This document shows positions 14,380 through 27,270 of a stretch of DNA of 64,000 nucleotides, one piece after another. The position numbers and the translations under genes are program-made. Within the stretch, counting starts at the first letter, position 1, and each line of letters opens with the position of its first letter. The notes beneath the pieces are model-generated. The model made no database searches, was not told where the DNA came from, and was given only the letters and a program-made list of their open reading frames with translations. Origin of the DNA: Octopus vulgaris. Lineage: Eukaryota. Where the stretch lies: contig OX597839.1 in the NCBI GenBank assembly GCA_951406725.2, positions 40,052,001-40,116,000 on the forward strand. Reading direction: 5' to 3'.

Positions 14380-15200
14380 GATTAAGTACGCTATCGCATC
14401 GGACCAAAATAGATAAACAAACAAAAACAAACAAACAAATAGATCTATAAATAAAAGGATGCATAGACGTGAAGAAATTCGTACAAACACGCCAACGCGT
14501 AAAACCACTACAAAAATAAATATTATGCAAACACGTAAATAATAATAAAAGTACGTTAAACGAATAAAACTACGTAGAAAAAACGTGAACGGAAGCGTAT
14601 GCACGTAAAATGGATAAAAGATTTGTTGATACCAATACTAGCATGCAAACTAGTGTGTAAAACACTCAAAAACAAATCGAAATGCAAAATACAAGCATAT
14701 AAATTGGAGAGAAATATTTAGAGAGCCGTAAGCAAGAATACAAGCACGAAGAACGAGTAAAAACTGAATGCAAACACGGAAATAATCAAACACAATAAAC
14801 GAGTGAAAAATAATATGTGAAGACCTAAATGAATAGAGAAGCACGTGAAATGGATAAAAATACGCATACAAACATCTAAAGTGAATAAAGAATATGTGAA
14901 CAACAGTGGAAGCACGTAAAACGAATGAATAACATGTACAACACGTGAATAAGAATACAAGCATTACATGTGAGGGAAATAATTAAAGAATCACGTAAAT
15001 AATTACATAAGAACGTAAAACGAATAAAAACCTTAAGCAAAAACATAAGTATCATTACAGATACGTAAAGTGATAATTAAAAAATAGTTATATAAAAGCG
15101 TAAGCGAGACTACAAGTACGTAAAACGAATAGAAAACGCCATTTGAAGAGCGTAATACGAATGAACATACAAGCTTATATAAAACTATGGAATAAAATTC
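14380..15200 (+). repeat. Highly degenerate A-rich minisatellite, motif approximately AATACAAGCACGTAAAACGAATAAA
   Basis: Variants of the motif recur more than ten times at irregular spacing. Confidence 0.6.
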
Positions 15201-15281
15201 AAAAGGAGAAAATATTTACAAAGATATGAAATACATGCACACACCCTGAATGAACTTACATTAAAAATAGCTAAACAGAAA

Positions 15282-15680
15282 TCTTTATATATGAAAGTGA
15301 GGTTGTGTACTGTCTGTCTCCTACGATTTAGATTCCTAACTACTCCCACACTTTGCGGTGCAGTTTAACCAAAAACGGGTATCTTATAGTCGTGATTCAT
15401 ATCGAGCCCTTCTGGGTATTAGCGCGCGTCTACGATGAGTCTACGATTTTTAAAAAAATTTACCATCAATTTTTCCCATTTTTAATGCATTTTTGGCATA
15501 TATAAGGGAAGTAACTCTCTAAAAATTTATTATTAAATCTCAGAACGTAAAAAGCTACAGTAACACCCACCCCCCTTTGTGGTTAGCCATATTGAGATGG
15601 CTATTATACTTTACATCTCTAAAAATGCTTATATAGTTATTTCCCTTACAAACCCGAGCAACGCCGGGCGATACTGCTAG
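15282..15680 (+). mobile_element. Non-autonomous Helitron (about 400 bp)
   Basis: A|TC 5' start, subterminal hairpin CCCGAGC-AAC-GCCGGG at 15653-15668, CTAG|T 3' end, AT target with no TSD. Confidence 0.85.
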
Positions 15681-15740
15681 TAGTATATACAATAAATACG
15701 TTTATTATATACGTATGCGGATACGCAGTCCATTGACTAA

Positions 15741-15793
15741 AACGTGATTGAACGATTCATACATATTTGCTAACACACACACATACACACACA

Positions 15794-15824
<31 letters not shown>

Positions 15825-16707
15825 ACCCTCTCTCTCTCTCTGTCTTTCTCTCTCACACACTCACACACAGTCAGACACTTGCGTATTGTATTATATTTTA
15901 ATGCTTTCGGTTGTGCAAATTCTTTGCACGGGAAACCTGCCCTGTGTGGCGTGTTTCCTGATTTTGTAAAATTTGCTTTCGGCTTTCTTAGCCATTTCGG
16001 TTTTGAGTCTTCAAGCCATGAAGTCGTCGTTGGAAAGAGCTCTGGTCTCCTTGACGACGCTTACGACGTAGATTTCCTTACCCTGCCTTCCCCACAGCTT
16101 CATGAAGGAGGGAAAGAAGGGGAGGAGCAAGACAGGTGCAGGTGCGAGCATTGGACGCCAACTCCGCCGCCGCCGACACAAAGAAGAATTGGAAGAATCC
16201 AGACGACAGCTTCACAGTCAAAGACTACGAATACGGACAACTCTGCCACAAACACCACCACCACCAACACCACCACCACCACCACCACCACCACCACCAC
16301 CACCACCACCACCACCACCACCACCACCACCACCACCACCACCACCACCACCATCATCCACCACCACTACCGCCACCACCACCACCACCACCACAACCAC
16401 CACCACTACCACAACCACCACCAACACCACCATCGCCACCACCAACACCAACACCACCAACACCACCACCAACACCACCACCGCCACCACCACCACTACC
16501 ACCACCACCATCAACACCACCACCACCACCACCACCACCACCACCACCAACACTACCACCACCACAACCACCACCAACACCACCACCGCCACCACCAACA
16601 CCAACACCACCAACACCACCACCAACACCACCACCGCCACCACCACCACCACCACCACCACCACCACCACCACCACCACCACCATCAACACCACCACCGC
16701 CACCACC

Positions 16708-16739
<32 letters not shown>

Positions 16740-19321
16740 CAACAACACCACCACCACCACCACCACCACCAACAACAACCACCACCACCACCACAACCAC
16801 CACCAACACCACCACCACCACCACCACCACCACCACCACCACGATCACCACCACCACCACCACCACCACCACCACCACCACCACCACTTCCACCACCACC
16901 ACCACCACCACGACCACCACCACCACCACGATCACGACCACCATGACTACCACCACCACCTCAACCACCACCACCACCATCACCACCACCGCGACCACCA
17001 CCACCACCACCACCACCACCACCACCAACACCACCACCACCACCACCACCACCACCACCACCACCACCACCACCACCACCACCACCACGACACACACACA
17101 CACACACATATATATGCGTGTATATTTCCATGACCACCGCTTGAAATACGGAGTTGACTTGTTTACGTCCCCGTAACTTAGCGGTTCGGCCAAAGAAACC
17201 GATGAAGTATGTGCGGGACTTTAAAAACTTAAGGTTGATTCGTTCCACCGAAACGCTTCAATATGGTTTCCGCTGCGCTCGAATGACCAACACGTGATTG
17301 AACGATTCATACACATTTCCTAGCACACACACACACACTCTCTCTGTCTTTCACTCAGTCTCTCTCCCCCTCTCTCTCTCTCACTCACTCTCTCTGTCTT
17401 TCTCTCTCTCACACTCACACACAGTCAGACACTGACATGCGATTATCGTATCATATCTATTCCCTATACACGCTTGCATATGCTGGAGGTAGTGACCCCG
17501 AACTATATGTTCCCTTGTTTTAATAATACTTGCGTATTGTATTATATTTTTAATGTAAAAGTTGTGCAACAACTAATACATTCGGTTGTGCAAATTCTTT
17601 GCACGGGAAACCTGCCCTGTGTGGCGTGTTTCCCGATTTTGTAAAATTTGCTTTCGGCTTTCTTAGCCATTTCTGTTTTGGCGACTTCAAGCCTTGAAGT
17701 CGTCGTTCTAAGAGAAGGCTGGTCTCCTTGACAACGCTTACGACGTTGATTTCCTTACCCTGCCTTCCCCACAGCTTCACGAGAGAGGGAGGAAGCGGGA
17801 GGCGCAAGACAGGTGCAGGTGCGAGCATTGGACGCCAACTCCGCCACCGCCGACACAAAGAAAAATTGGAAGAATCCAGACGACAGCTTCACAGTGAAAG
17901 ACTTCTACTACGGACAACTCTACCACAAACACCAACACCACCACCACCACCACCACCATCACTACCACCACCACCATCACTACAACCACCACCATCACTA
18001 CCACCACCACCACAACCATCACTACCACCACCACCATCACTACAACCACCACCATCACTACCACCACCAGCACCACCACCACCACCATCACTACCACCAC
18101 CACCATCACCACCACCACCACCACCACCACCACCACTACCACCACCACCATCACTACAGCCACCACCATCACTACCACCACCACCATCACCAGCACCACC
18201 ACAACCACCACCATCACTACCACCACCAGCATGACTACAACCACTACCATCACTACCACCACCACAACCACCAACACTACCACCACCACCATCACTACCA
18301 CCACCACCATCACTACACAACCACCACCACCACCACCACCACCACCACCACCACCACCACAACCACCACCATCACTACCACCACCACCATCACTACAACC
18401 ACCACCATCACTACCACCACCAACACCACCACCACCACAACCACCAACATCACTACCACCACCATCACTACAACCACCACCATCACTACCACCACCACCA
18501 CCACCATCACTACCACCACCAACACCACCACCACCACAACCACCACCATCACTACCACCACCACCATCACTACAACCACCACCATCACTACCACCACCAC
18601 CATCACAACCACCACCACCATCACTACCACCACCACCACCACCACAACCACCAACATCACTACCACCACCATCACTACAACCATCACCATCACTACCACC
18701 ACCACCACCACCATCACTACCACCACTACCATCACTACCACCACCAACACCACCACCACCACCACCACACCACCACCATCACTACCACCACCACCATCAC
18801 TACCACCACCACTATCACTACCACCACACCACCACCACACCCACCACCATCACTATCACCACCACCATCACTACCACCACCACCACCACCACCATCACTA
18901 CCACCACCACCACCATTACTACCACCACCACCACCATTACTACCACCACCACAACCATCACTACCACCACCACCACCACCATCACTACCACGACCACCAC
19001 CACCACCACCACCACCACACCACCACGACAGACAGACACACACACACATATACATTTACATATATATATGCGTGTATATTTCCCTCACCACCGCTTGAAA
19101 TACGGAGTTGACTTGTTTATGTCCCCCGTAACCTAGCGGTTCGGCCAAAGAAACCGATGAAGTATGTGCGGGACTTTAAAAACTTAAGTATTCTTAAGTC
19201 CTGCGGTTGATTCGTTCCATGGAAACGCTTCAATATGGTTTCCGCTGCGCACGAATGACCAACACGTGATTGAACGATTCGTACATATTTGCTAGCACAC
19301 ATACACACACTCTCTCTCTTC

Positions 19322-19355
<34 letters not shown>

Positions 19356-19392
19356 CTCTCCCTCTCTCTTTCTCTCTCTTTCTCTCTCTCTC

Positions 19393-19436
<44 letters not shown>

Positions 19437-20013
19437 ACACACAGTCAGACACTGACATACGCACATGTACAAATAATGAGAGGCTGAATTTAAAGGCCGT
19501 AGCACCCGTCTGGTTATGAAGATTATCTTATAATTTCGATCTGGGACAAAGCGTATTTGACACATGATTAAATAAGATTCATTGATCGATTATCGTATCA
19601 TTCCTATTCCCTATACATGCCTGCATATTCAGGAGGTGAAGCAACTGAGTGACCACAAACTATATGTTAGTCTTTCTCGGCCATTTCTGTTTTGAGCTTG
19701 ACGTCTTCAAAGCCATGAAGTCGTCGTTGGAAAGAACACTGGTCTCCTTGACAACGCTTACGACGTTGATTTCCTTACCCTGCCTTCCCCACAGCTTCAT
19801 GAAGGAGGGAAAGAAGGGGAGGAGAGCAAAACAGGTGCAGGTGCGAGCATTGGACGCCAACTCCGCCGCCGCCGACACAAAGAAAAATTGGAAGAAGCCA
19901 GACGACAGCTTCACAGTCAAAGACTACGACGGACAACTCTGCCACAAACATCACCACCACCACCACCACCACCACCACCACCACCACCACTACCACCACC
20001 ACAACCACCACAA
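15741..20013. repeat. Tandem triplication: units 15741-17290, 17291-19262 and a partial unit 19263-20013
   Basis: Each unit starts ACGTGATTGAACGATTC, followed by (CT)n, a shared 280-350 bp GC-richer core and a (CAC)n tract. Units 1 and 2 end in a SINE-A tail fragment. Confidence 0.92.
15905..16250 (+). pseudogene. Unidentified coding-like cassette, copy 1 (others at 17581-17931 and 19673-19950)
   Basis: C-ending codon bias in the frame VQVRALDANSAAADTKKNWKNPDDSFTVKDYEYGQLCHK. Copies differ partly by third-position changes and one 3-nt indel, but also by upstream frameshifts. Confidence 0.35.
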
Positions 20014-20402
20014 CGACATCTATATCTATCCGTGTATATACGCATGGGTGTGCGTAGTTATCGAGAAAGATATCTTCAAATACAGAAGGATAGAAGGTTA
20101 TATATTATACGCACACACAAACACAAAAATCCTCCACACCCTCGACGCAAATGTATCTCTTTTGTATCTCTTTTGCTTCGATTATCTCCAATTTTCTTTT
20201 AATCTCCACCCATCTATCTTCCTGTCTATCACTGTGTCTATCTATGCATGCATGTATGCATGTATGTGTATATGTATGTACATATGTATGTATCTTTCTC
20301 TCTCTGTCTCTCTATCTATCTATCTATCTATCAGTCAATCAATCAATCATTCTATCTGTTTATCTATCTATCTATCTCTATCTATCTATCTATCTATCTA
20401 TC

Positions 20403-20447
<45 letters not shown>

Positions 20448-20456
20448 ATATCTATC

Positions 20457-20496
<40 letters not shown>

Positions 20497-20560
20497 ACGA
20501 TCGATCTATCTATCTATCAATCAATCAATCATTCTATCTGTTTATCTATCTATCTATTAT

Positions 20561-20630
20561 CCCTAAAAGAAAATCTCTACCTTGTAGTTTGTCCCGTCTT
20601 TGTGCAGCCCTGTGTGGCTAATAAAGAAAC
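20561..20630 (+). mobile_element. Extreme 3' fragment of the Tx1-like LINE, inside (CTAT)n
   Basis: Matches the last 70 bp of 61206-61694, including AATAAAGAAAC. Confidence 0.75.
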
Positions 20631-20635
20631 ATATC

Positions 20636-20689
<54 letters not shown>

Positions 20690-20848
20690 CAACCTATTTT
20701 TCTATATTTATATCTATGTATGCATGTATGTATGTATCTCTCTATCTATCTGTCTGTCTGTTGTGTCTATGTATGTATGTATGTATGTATGTATGTATGT
20801 ATGCATGTATATATGTATGTATGTATGTATGTGTGTATGTATGTATGC

Positions 20849-20900
<52 letters not shown>

Positions 20901-21655
20901 GTCTGTCTGTCTATCTGTCTGTCTATCTGTCTGTCTATCTATCTATCTATCTATCTATCTTTACCTATTTTTCTGTGTATGTATGTATATGTGTGGATAT
21001 CTAACTATCTCTCTATCTGTCTGTCTGTCTCTCTCTCTCTCCTTCTCTCTCTCCTTCTCTCTCTCCTTCTCTCTCTCTCCTTCTCTCTCTCTCTCCTTCT
21101 CTCTCTCTATCTCTATCTATCTCACTACCCACCCCTCTGTCTCTCCATCTACCGCTTTCCCCGCCTCTTTCCAAATATCTTCCACAAATTTCTGATCTCT
21201 GATTGTAGACAGCAAGCCATGCTCTATTCGAACGAAGGGTCGAGGGTCTAGTAGATGGTTGTCCTCCTTTAATATAATTATACACAATTTGGCATTTACC
21301 AAACTTGGCATTTTGGGTCAGGTTGCCAACAGAGTCAAATGTTTAAACCGATTCCAATATCATTTGACATTCTTTTGACGTATTTATGGATTTCAATTCA
21401 GAGAGTATGGATGCCTAGAATATTACATTTCAACCAACTCACTAATGAAATTTCTGCGATTTGCCTCTTGTTTTGTATTATCGATAAATGGCATTCCTTA
21501 TTCCTGCAGGTATGGTTATGTGGTAAAGAATTTCGGTTCGTTACTTCGTGATTCTCAGTTTGATTGGCACCACGTGGCATCTTTGTTCTTTGCACTATAG
21601 ACCATCACAGCCTTAAGGGTAAAATTCCTTAGATGTCAGCTGTACGAAACCGTGT

Positions 21656-21726
<71 letters not shown>

Positions 21727-21983
21727 GTATGTCTGTCTATCTGTCTCTCTGTCTTGCTAGCTATATGTCTGTGTGTCTGTCTATCTGTCTGTTCGTCCGT
21801 CTGTCTGTCTACAACTATACTGGCGTCTCGTCCATGTGAGAAATATATACGCCACAAAACAGGGAAACCGGCCCGTGTAAGTCGACATGACTCGAGAAAG
21901 TGTCTTAACTTACTTTTACCATACTCAGTTTTGACAGTGTTTTTGTTTCCCTACCCGCTAAATATCAGTGATAAACGAATCAT

Positions 21984-22098
21984 TGGAGCTTAGGTGTCTT
22001 TGCTCAATAAACACTCACAATGCCCGGTCTGGGAATCGAAACCGCGTTCTTACGACCGCGAGTCCGCTGCCCTAACCACTGGACCATTGCGCCTCCAC
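21984..22098 (-). mobile_element. SINE family C tRNA-like head
   Basis: Matches 4735-4851. A and B boxes on the minus strand. Confidence 0.8.
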
Positions 22099-22142
22099 TT
22101 GCTGCTGCTGTTGCTGATATTATTGAATTCTCTCTGCCTTAT

Positions 22143-22290
22143 CTGACCCGGACTGGTAGCAACTGCAAGGGTACCAGCTACGGGTTAACTAGCACCCCAC
22201 CTTCTGCGACTAGTGGGGGTAATCAGTAGAATGAAGTCGCCGTATTCCCTGTGTGGCGTAAGAGGCGACTAAAAGGAGCAGGAGTGAGAG
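22143..22290 (+). other. Triple stem-loop element ending CCCTGTGTGGCGTAAGAGGCGACTAAAAGG (RTE-type 5' UTR-like)
   Basis: Stems GACCCG/CGGGTT with CTGGTA/TACCAG, ACCCCAC/GTGGGGGT and AGTCGCC/GGCGACT. The first hairpin resembles 3960-4010. Confidence 0.45.
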
Positions 22291-22367
22291 GACTGGGAAT
22301 CCCATCCTCCTAGTAAATCCATATTCCTAAAGGGACAGCAAGAAATAAAGTTAATACAAGTTGATAT

Positions 22368-23252
22368 AAGGAGGTGAGCTGGCAGAAACGTTAGCACACC
22401 GGGCAAAATGCTTGGCGGTATTTCGTACGTTTTTACGTTCTGAGTTCAAATTCCACCGAGGTCGACTTTGCCTTTCATCCTTTCGGGATCGATTAAATAA
22501 GTACCAGTCACGCACTGGGGTCGATATAATCGACTTAATCCGTTTGTCTGTCCTTGTTTGTCCTCTCTGTGTTTAGCCCCATGTGGGTAGTAAATAAATA
22601 GGTATTTCGTCCGTCTTTACGTTTTGAGTTCAAATTCCACCGAGGTCGACTTTGCAAGGCGGCAAGCTGGCAGAATCGTTAGCGCGCTGGGCGAAATGCT
22701 TAGCAGCATTTCGTCTGTCTTTACGTTCTGAGTTCAAATTCCACCGAGGTCGATTTTACTTTTCATCCTTTCGGGGTCGATAAATTAAGCATCAGTTACG
22801 CACTGGGGTCGATATAATCGACTCAATCCGTTCGTCTGTCCTTGTTTGTCTCCTCTGTGTTTAGCCCCTTGTGGGTAGTAAAGAAATAGGTATTTCGTCT
22901 GCCGCTACGTTCTGAGTTCAAATTACCACGAGGTCGACTTTGCCTTTCATCCTTTCGCGGGTCGATAAATTAAGTCCCAGTTGAGTACTGGGGTCGATCT
23001 AACCGAATGGACCCGCTCCGCCAAATTTTCAGCCTTGTGCCTAGAGTAGAAAAGAATATATAAAGCTGGGCGAAATGCTTAGCGGCATTTCGTCTGTCTT
23101 TACGTTCTGAGTTCAAATTCCACCGAGGTCGACTTTAGCTTTCATCCTTTCAGGATTTATAAATGAAGTACCAGTTGAGTACTGGGGTCGATCTAATCGA
23201 CTGAACCCTTCCCCCAAAATTTCAGGCCTTATATCTAGAACAGAAAAGAATA
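22368..23252 (+). mobile_element. Head-to-tail array of about five SINE-B units
   Basis: GAGTTCAAATT-CCACCGAGGTCGA recurs near 22442, 22626, 22730, 22914 and 23109. Confidence 0.92.
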
Positions 23253-24539
23253 TAAATTGATATAAGTCAAAAAACCCTTACGGACAAAAGAAGACACATT
23301 AAACGAACAAAATAAAGTAACGACTGAGAGAAATAAAAGCGAATATATGAAAAGCTGAGGCATTGTGAAAGGGTTATTGTTGTTGATGTTGTGGTTGTTG
23401 ATCATGTCACTCTTATTGTTGTCTTCTTCGCTGCTTGTTGTAGTTGTTTTTGTTATTATAATTCTCCGTTTCGTGTCTTCTCATTTGCCGCCAAATTTCC
23501 ATAAACTTATTGAAAGTCGTCGGTATAACAAAATGATCAACAACACCCACCCCACCCCCACCCCGTTACGCAGTTCTATGACCCAGCTTCATGTTATATC
23601 CCTCGGTAACCATATCAAAGTCCTCTGCACCAATTCACCTCTCTACTTAAATCATTTATTTTTTTTTCTTTCTTTCTTTTTTATCATTAATTAATTCCCT
23701 CATTACATTCACATCGAATTCCCGAACACGCACACGCACACATACACACACACACATACGTACACACTCGCATAAATACACCCGCGTACACACTAACATA
23801 AATACACGCACATACACACACACACATACATACACACTCGCATAAATACACCCGCGTACACACTAACAGAAATACACGCACATACACACATACACACACA
23901 TACGACACACATATATAGGCATATATATGCACACAGACAAACACACACACATATGTATATATATATATATATACATAGACTAGCACATACAATAACATAC
24001 ACACGGGAACGTACACACGTACAAATACACACACTGTTGCGTACACACACATACGCGCTTTACACATCCACACACACTTGTTATAAAGAATTGTTTGCAT
24101 CGGTGTGTATCCCTTATGTGTGTGTGTGCGTGTGTGTATGTGTGTAACAGTGTGTGTGTGCGCATGTGTGTGTGAGTGTGTGTGTGTGTGTGTGTGCGCA
24201 TGTGTGTGTGAGTGTGTGTGTGTGTGTGCAGTCTAAGTGAATACCAGTGTGCGTCGATGTATGCGAGTGTTCGTATATTGTGTGTGCGTGAGTTGGTGTG
24301 TACGTGTGTTTGTGATTGTCAGTGGGTGTGTTTGTATCCATTGGTATATGTGTGTGCATAAGCGTTGGTATAGTTATGTATATGTGTGTCTATGTGCCTA
24401 CGTTTCCTTGTATAGGTGTAATTTGTGTATGTGGTTGTGTGTGAGTTTGTGCTTACAACGATGTGTGTGACTGTGTGTGAGAAAGTCTGAGCGCGTGAGA
24501 GAGAGAGAGAGAGAGAGAGAGAGTGTGTGTGTGAGTGCG

Positions 24540-24937
24540 AAATTTCTGGGAGGGGTTTAAGTCGATTAGGTCGACCCAGTACGCAACTCCTACTTAATTT
24601 ATTGACCCATAAGGATGAAACGCAAAGTCGACCTCGGCAGAGTTTGAACTCAGAACGTAAAGACAGACGAAATACTGCTAAGCATTTCGCCCGGCGTGAT
24701 AACGTTTCTTACTTCTTTATTGCCCACAAGGAGCTAAACATAGAGGGGAAAACAAGGACAGACAAAGGGATTAAGCCGATTACATCAACCCAGTGCGTAA
24801 CTGGTACTTAATTTATCGACCCCGAAAGGATGAAGCGCAAAGTCGACCTCGGCGGAATTTGAACTCAGAACGTAAAGACAGATGAAATACTGCTAAGCAT
24901 TTCGCCCGGCGTGCTAACGGTTCTACCAGCTCGCCAC
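24540..24937 (-). mobile_element. Dimeric SINE-B
   Basis: Two reverse-complement cores, near 24600-24700 and 24800-24937. Confidence 0.88.
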
Positions 24938-25016
24938 CTAACTAGACTAATGAAATATAACCCAGTAGATTGCATCGAAGAAGAGAAGAACTCGAAACGT
25001 GCTTTTCTCGGAAGAG

Positions 25017-25225
25017 ACGGTGAGCAGGCAGAAGCTCTAACACGCTGGACAAAGTGCTTGGCGGCATTTTCGCCGTTTTTACATTCTGATGTCGAATTTC
25101 GCCGGGATCAACTTTGGCTTTCATCCTTAAGGGTTCGATAAAATAAGTACCAGTTGATGACTGGGGTCGACGTAATCTACTTACACCCTTTCCCAAAATT
25201 GCTGGCCTTGTTTGCCAAAATTTTA
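25017..25225 (+). mobile_element. Diverged SINE-B
   Basis: Head, GCTTTCATCCTTAAGGGTTCGATAAAATAAGTACC core and CTGGGGTCGA tail. Further diverged copies at 35410-35580 (-), 42112-42330 (+) and 45075-45270 (+). Confidence 0.75.
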
Positions 25226-25989
25226 AACCAATATCATAACAATCAAAATAAAAAAAGACTAAATTTTTCGTTGGCAAAAACCCGAGCGAGAGCGCACAAA
25301 TTGAAGGAAAACGGACTTCCTGGGACGCGGCAGGTCAAATGCCACGTTCACGTGTTAAAAAACTACTGGTCATCTTATCCCTAACATGAAACAAATATAA
25401 GATAAAAGATAATTAGTAGAAAGGTAATTTTTCTTTCTTGGCTTTGCTTAGAGTTACATCACTGAAGAGCGCAAGGCGTTATAATCTTCTTCCGGTTTCC
25501 ATAGCCTGTAAGGAACTAAGTTTACAACAATGTCCTCCAGTGATCAAGATGTCGGTCTGTCATAGCGTACAAAAAATGTTCCAGGTATTGAGATCATAGT
25601 CATACACACATATGTGCAACATTCTAGCCATTGGCACACGCGCATTTCTTCAGCTAAGAAATAAATAATTAACTTGTTATCTTTTGACTATATAGACAAT
25701 GCTAAGCAAATGAATTCAAATATGACCGAAACGTGCTTACAGGTATGTGTTTAAATTCATTCATTATTTCACCAAATTATCTCCCTTTTGTTTTGAAAGA
25801 CTAATAATTGCTTATATGGTTTTGTTAGTTTTCTCTAAGAGAAGTAGAACTTTCACATGATTAAGAATGTGTTGCGTACGTCATCTAATAACATTTAACT
25901 TACTTTGTTATCAAATTGGCACACTTTTCTGTGCGCATACATGCATATGCATATCCACTACTCTCTTTCAGTCTGAACATAGTTGATAT

Positions 25990-26044
<55 letters not shown>

Positions 26045-26233
26045 GAGAGAGAGAGAAAAGGAGAGAGAGAGAGAAAGGGAGAGAAACAACTTGTTTTAAA
26101 TCATTCAGCGAGATATACAGTAAGAGTACGAAATATATATCTTTATATATATATATATATATGTATGTATATAGGTAATATATGTATATGTTTGTGTGTA
26201 TGTGTGTGTGTGTATGTGCCTATGAGTGTTTGT

Positions 26234-26270
<37 letters not shown>

Positions 26271-26833
26271 TGCACTTATATATCTATACATAAATGTATA
26301 TATAATACATACATACATATATATACATATATACACATATGTATAGATATGTGCACATGCATCCATTACATTTTGTATGTATATATGTATGCATATGTAT
26401 GTATATATGTATGTATATGTATGTATATATGTATGCATATGTATGTATATATGTATGTATATGTATGTATATATGTATGTATATGTATGTATATATGTAT
26501 GTATATGTATGCATATATGTATGTATATGTATGTATATATGTATGCATATGTATGTATATATGTATGTATATGTATATATGTGTGTGTGTTTGTGTGTGC
26601 GTGTATCTATGACGTATTCCCAATCCAAATGCGTAAATACTTACTACCATATGTTTATCATGTTTATACATCACACATATATGTATAACTTTATAAACAC
26701 ACACTCAGCACAATTAAATACTCACACAGAAGCATACACACGTTTTTGTATGTATATATATATATATATGTATATATATACATATGTGTGTGTGTCTATA
26801 TGTATGTATATCTATCTATATGTGTGTGTGTTC

Positions 26834-26887
<54 letters not shown>

Positions 26888-26924
26888 ATATATACGTAAA
26901 TAAATATATATATGGTTGTGTATA

Positions 26925-26939
<15 letters not shown>

Positions 26940-26968
<29 letters not shown>

Positions 26969-27023
26969 TGTGTGTGTATGTATACATATATATATCTATG
27001 TATATAATATACATTATATATAA

Positions 27024-27068
<45 letters not shown>

Positions 27069-27123
27069 AGTGTGTGTATGTATACATATATATATCTATG
27101 TATATAATATACATTATATATAA

Positions 27124-27162
<39 letters not shown>

Positions 27163-27219
27163 TGTGTGTGTATGTATACATATATATATATCTATGTATA
27201 TAATATACATTATATATAA

Positions 27220-27262
<43 letters not shown>

Positions 27263-27270
27263 TGTGTGTG
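26940..27270. repeat. Three tandem compound microsatellite units of about 95-100 bp
   Basis: TATCTATGTATATAATATACATTATATATAAGTG occurs three times. Confidence 0.9.

Noticed and set aside
14380-15200. CRISPR-like repeat/spacer appearance
   Set aside because: The repeats are highly degenerate with irregular spacing, there are no cas genes, and the context is eukaryotic.
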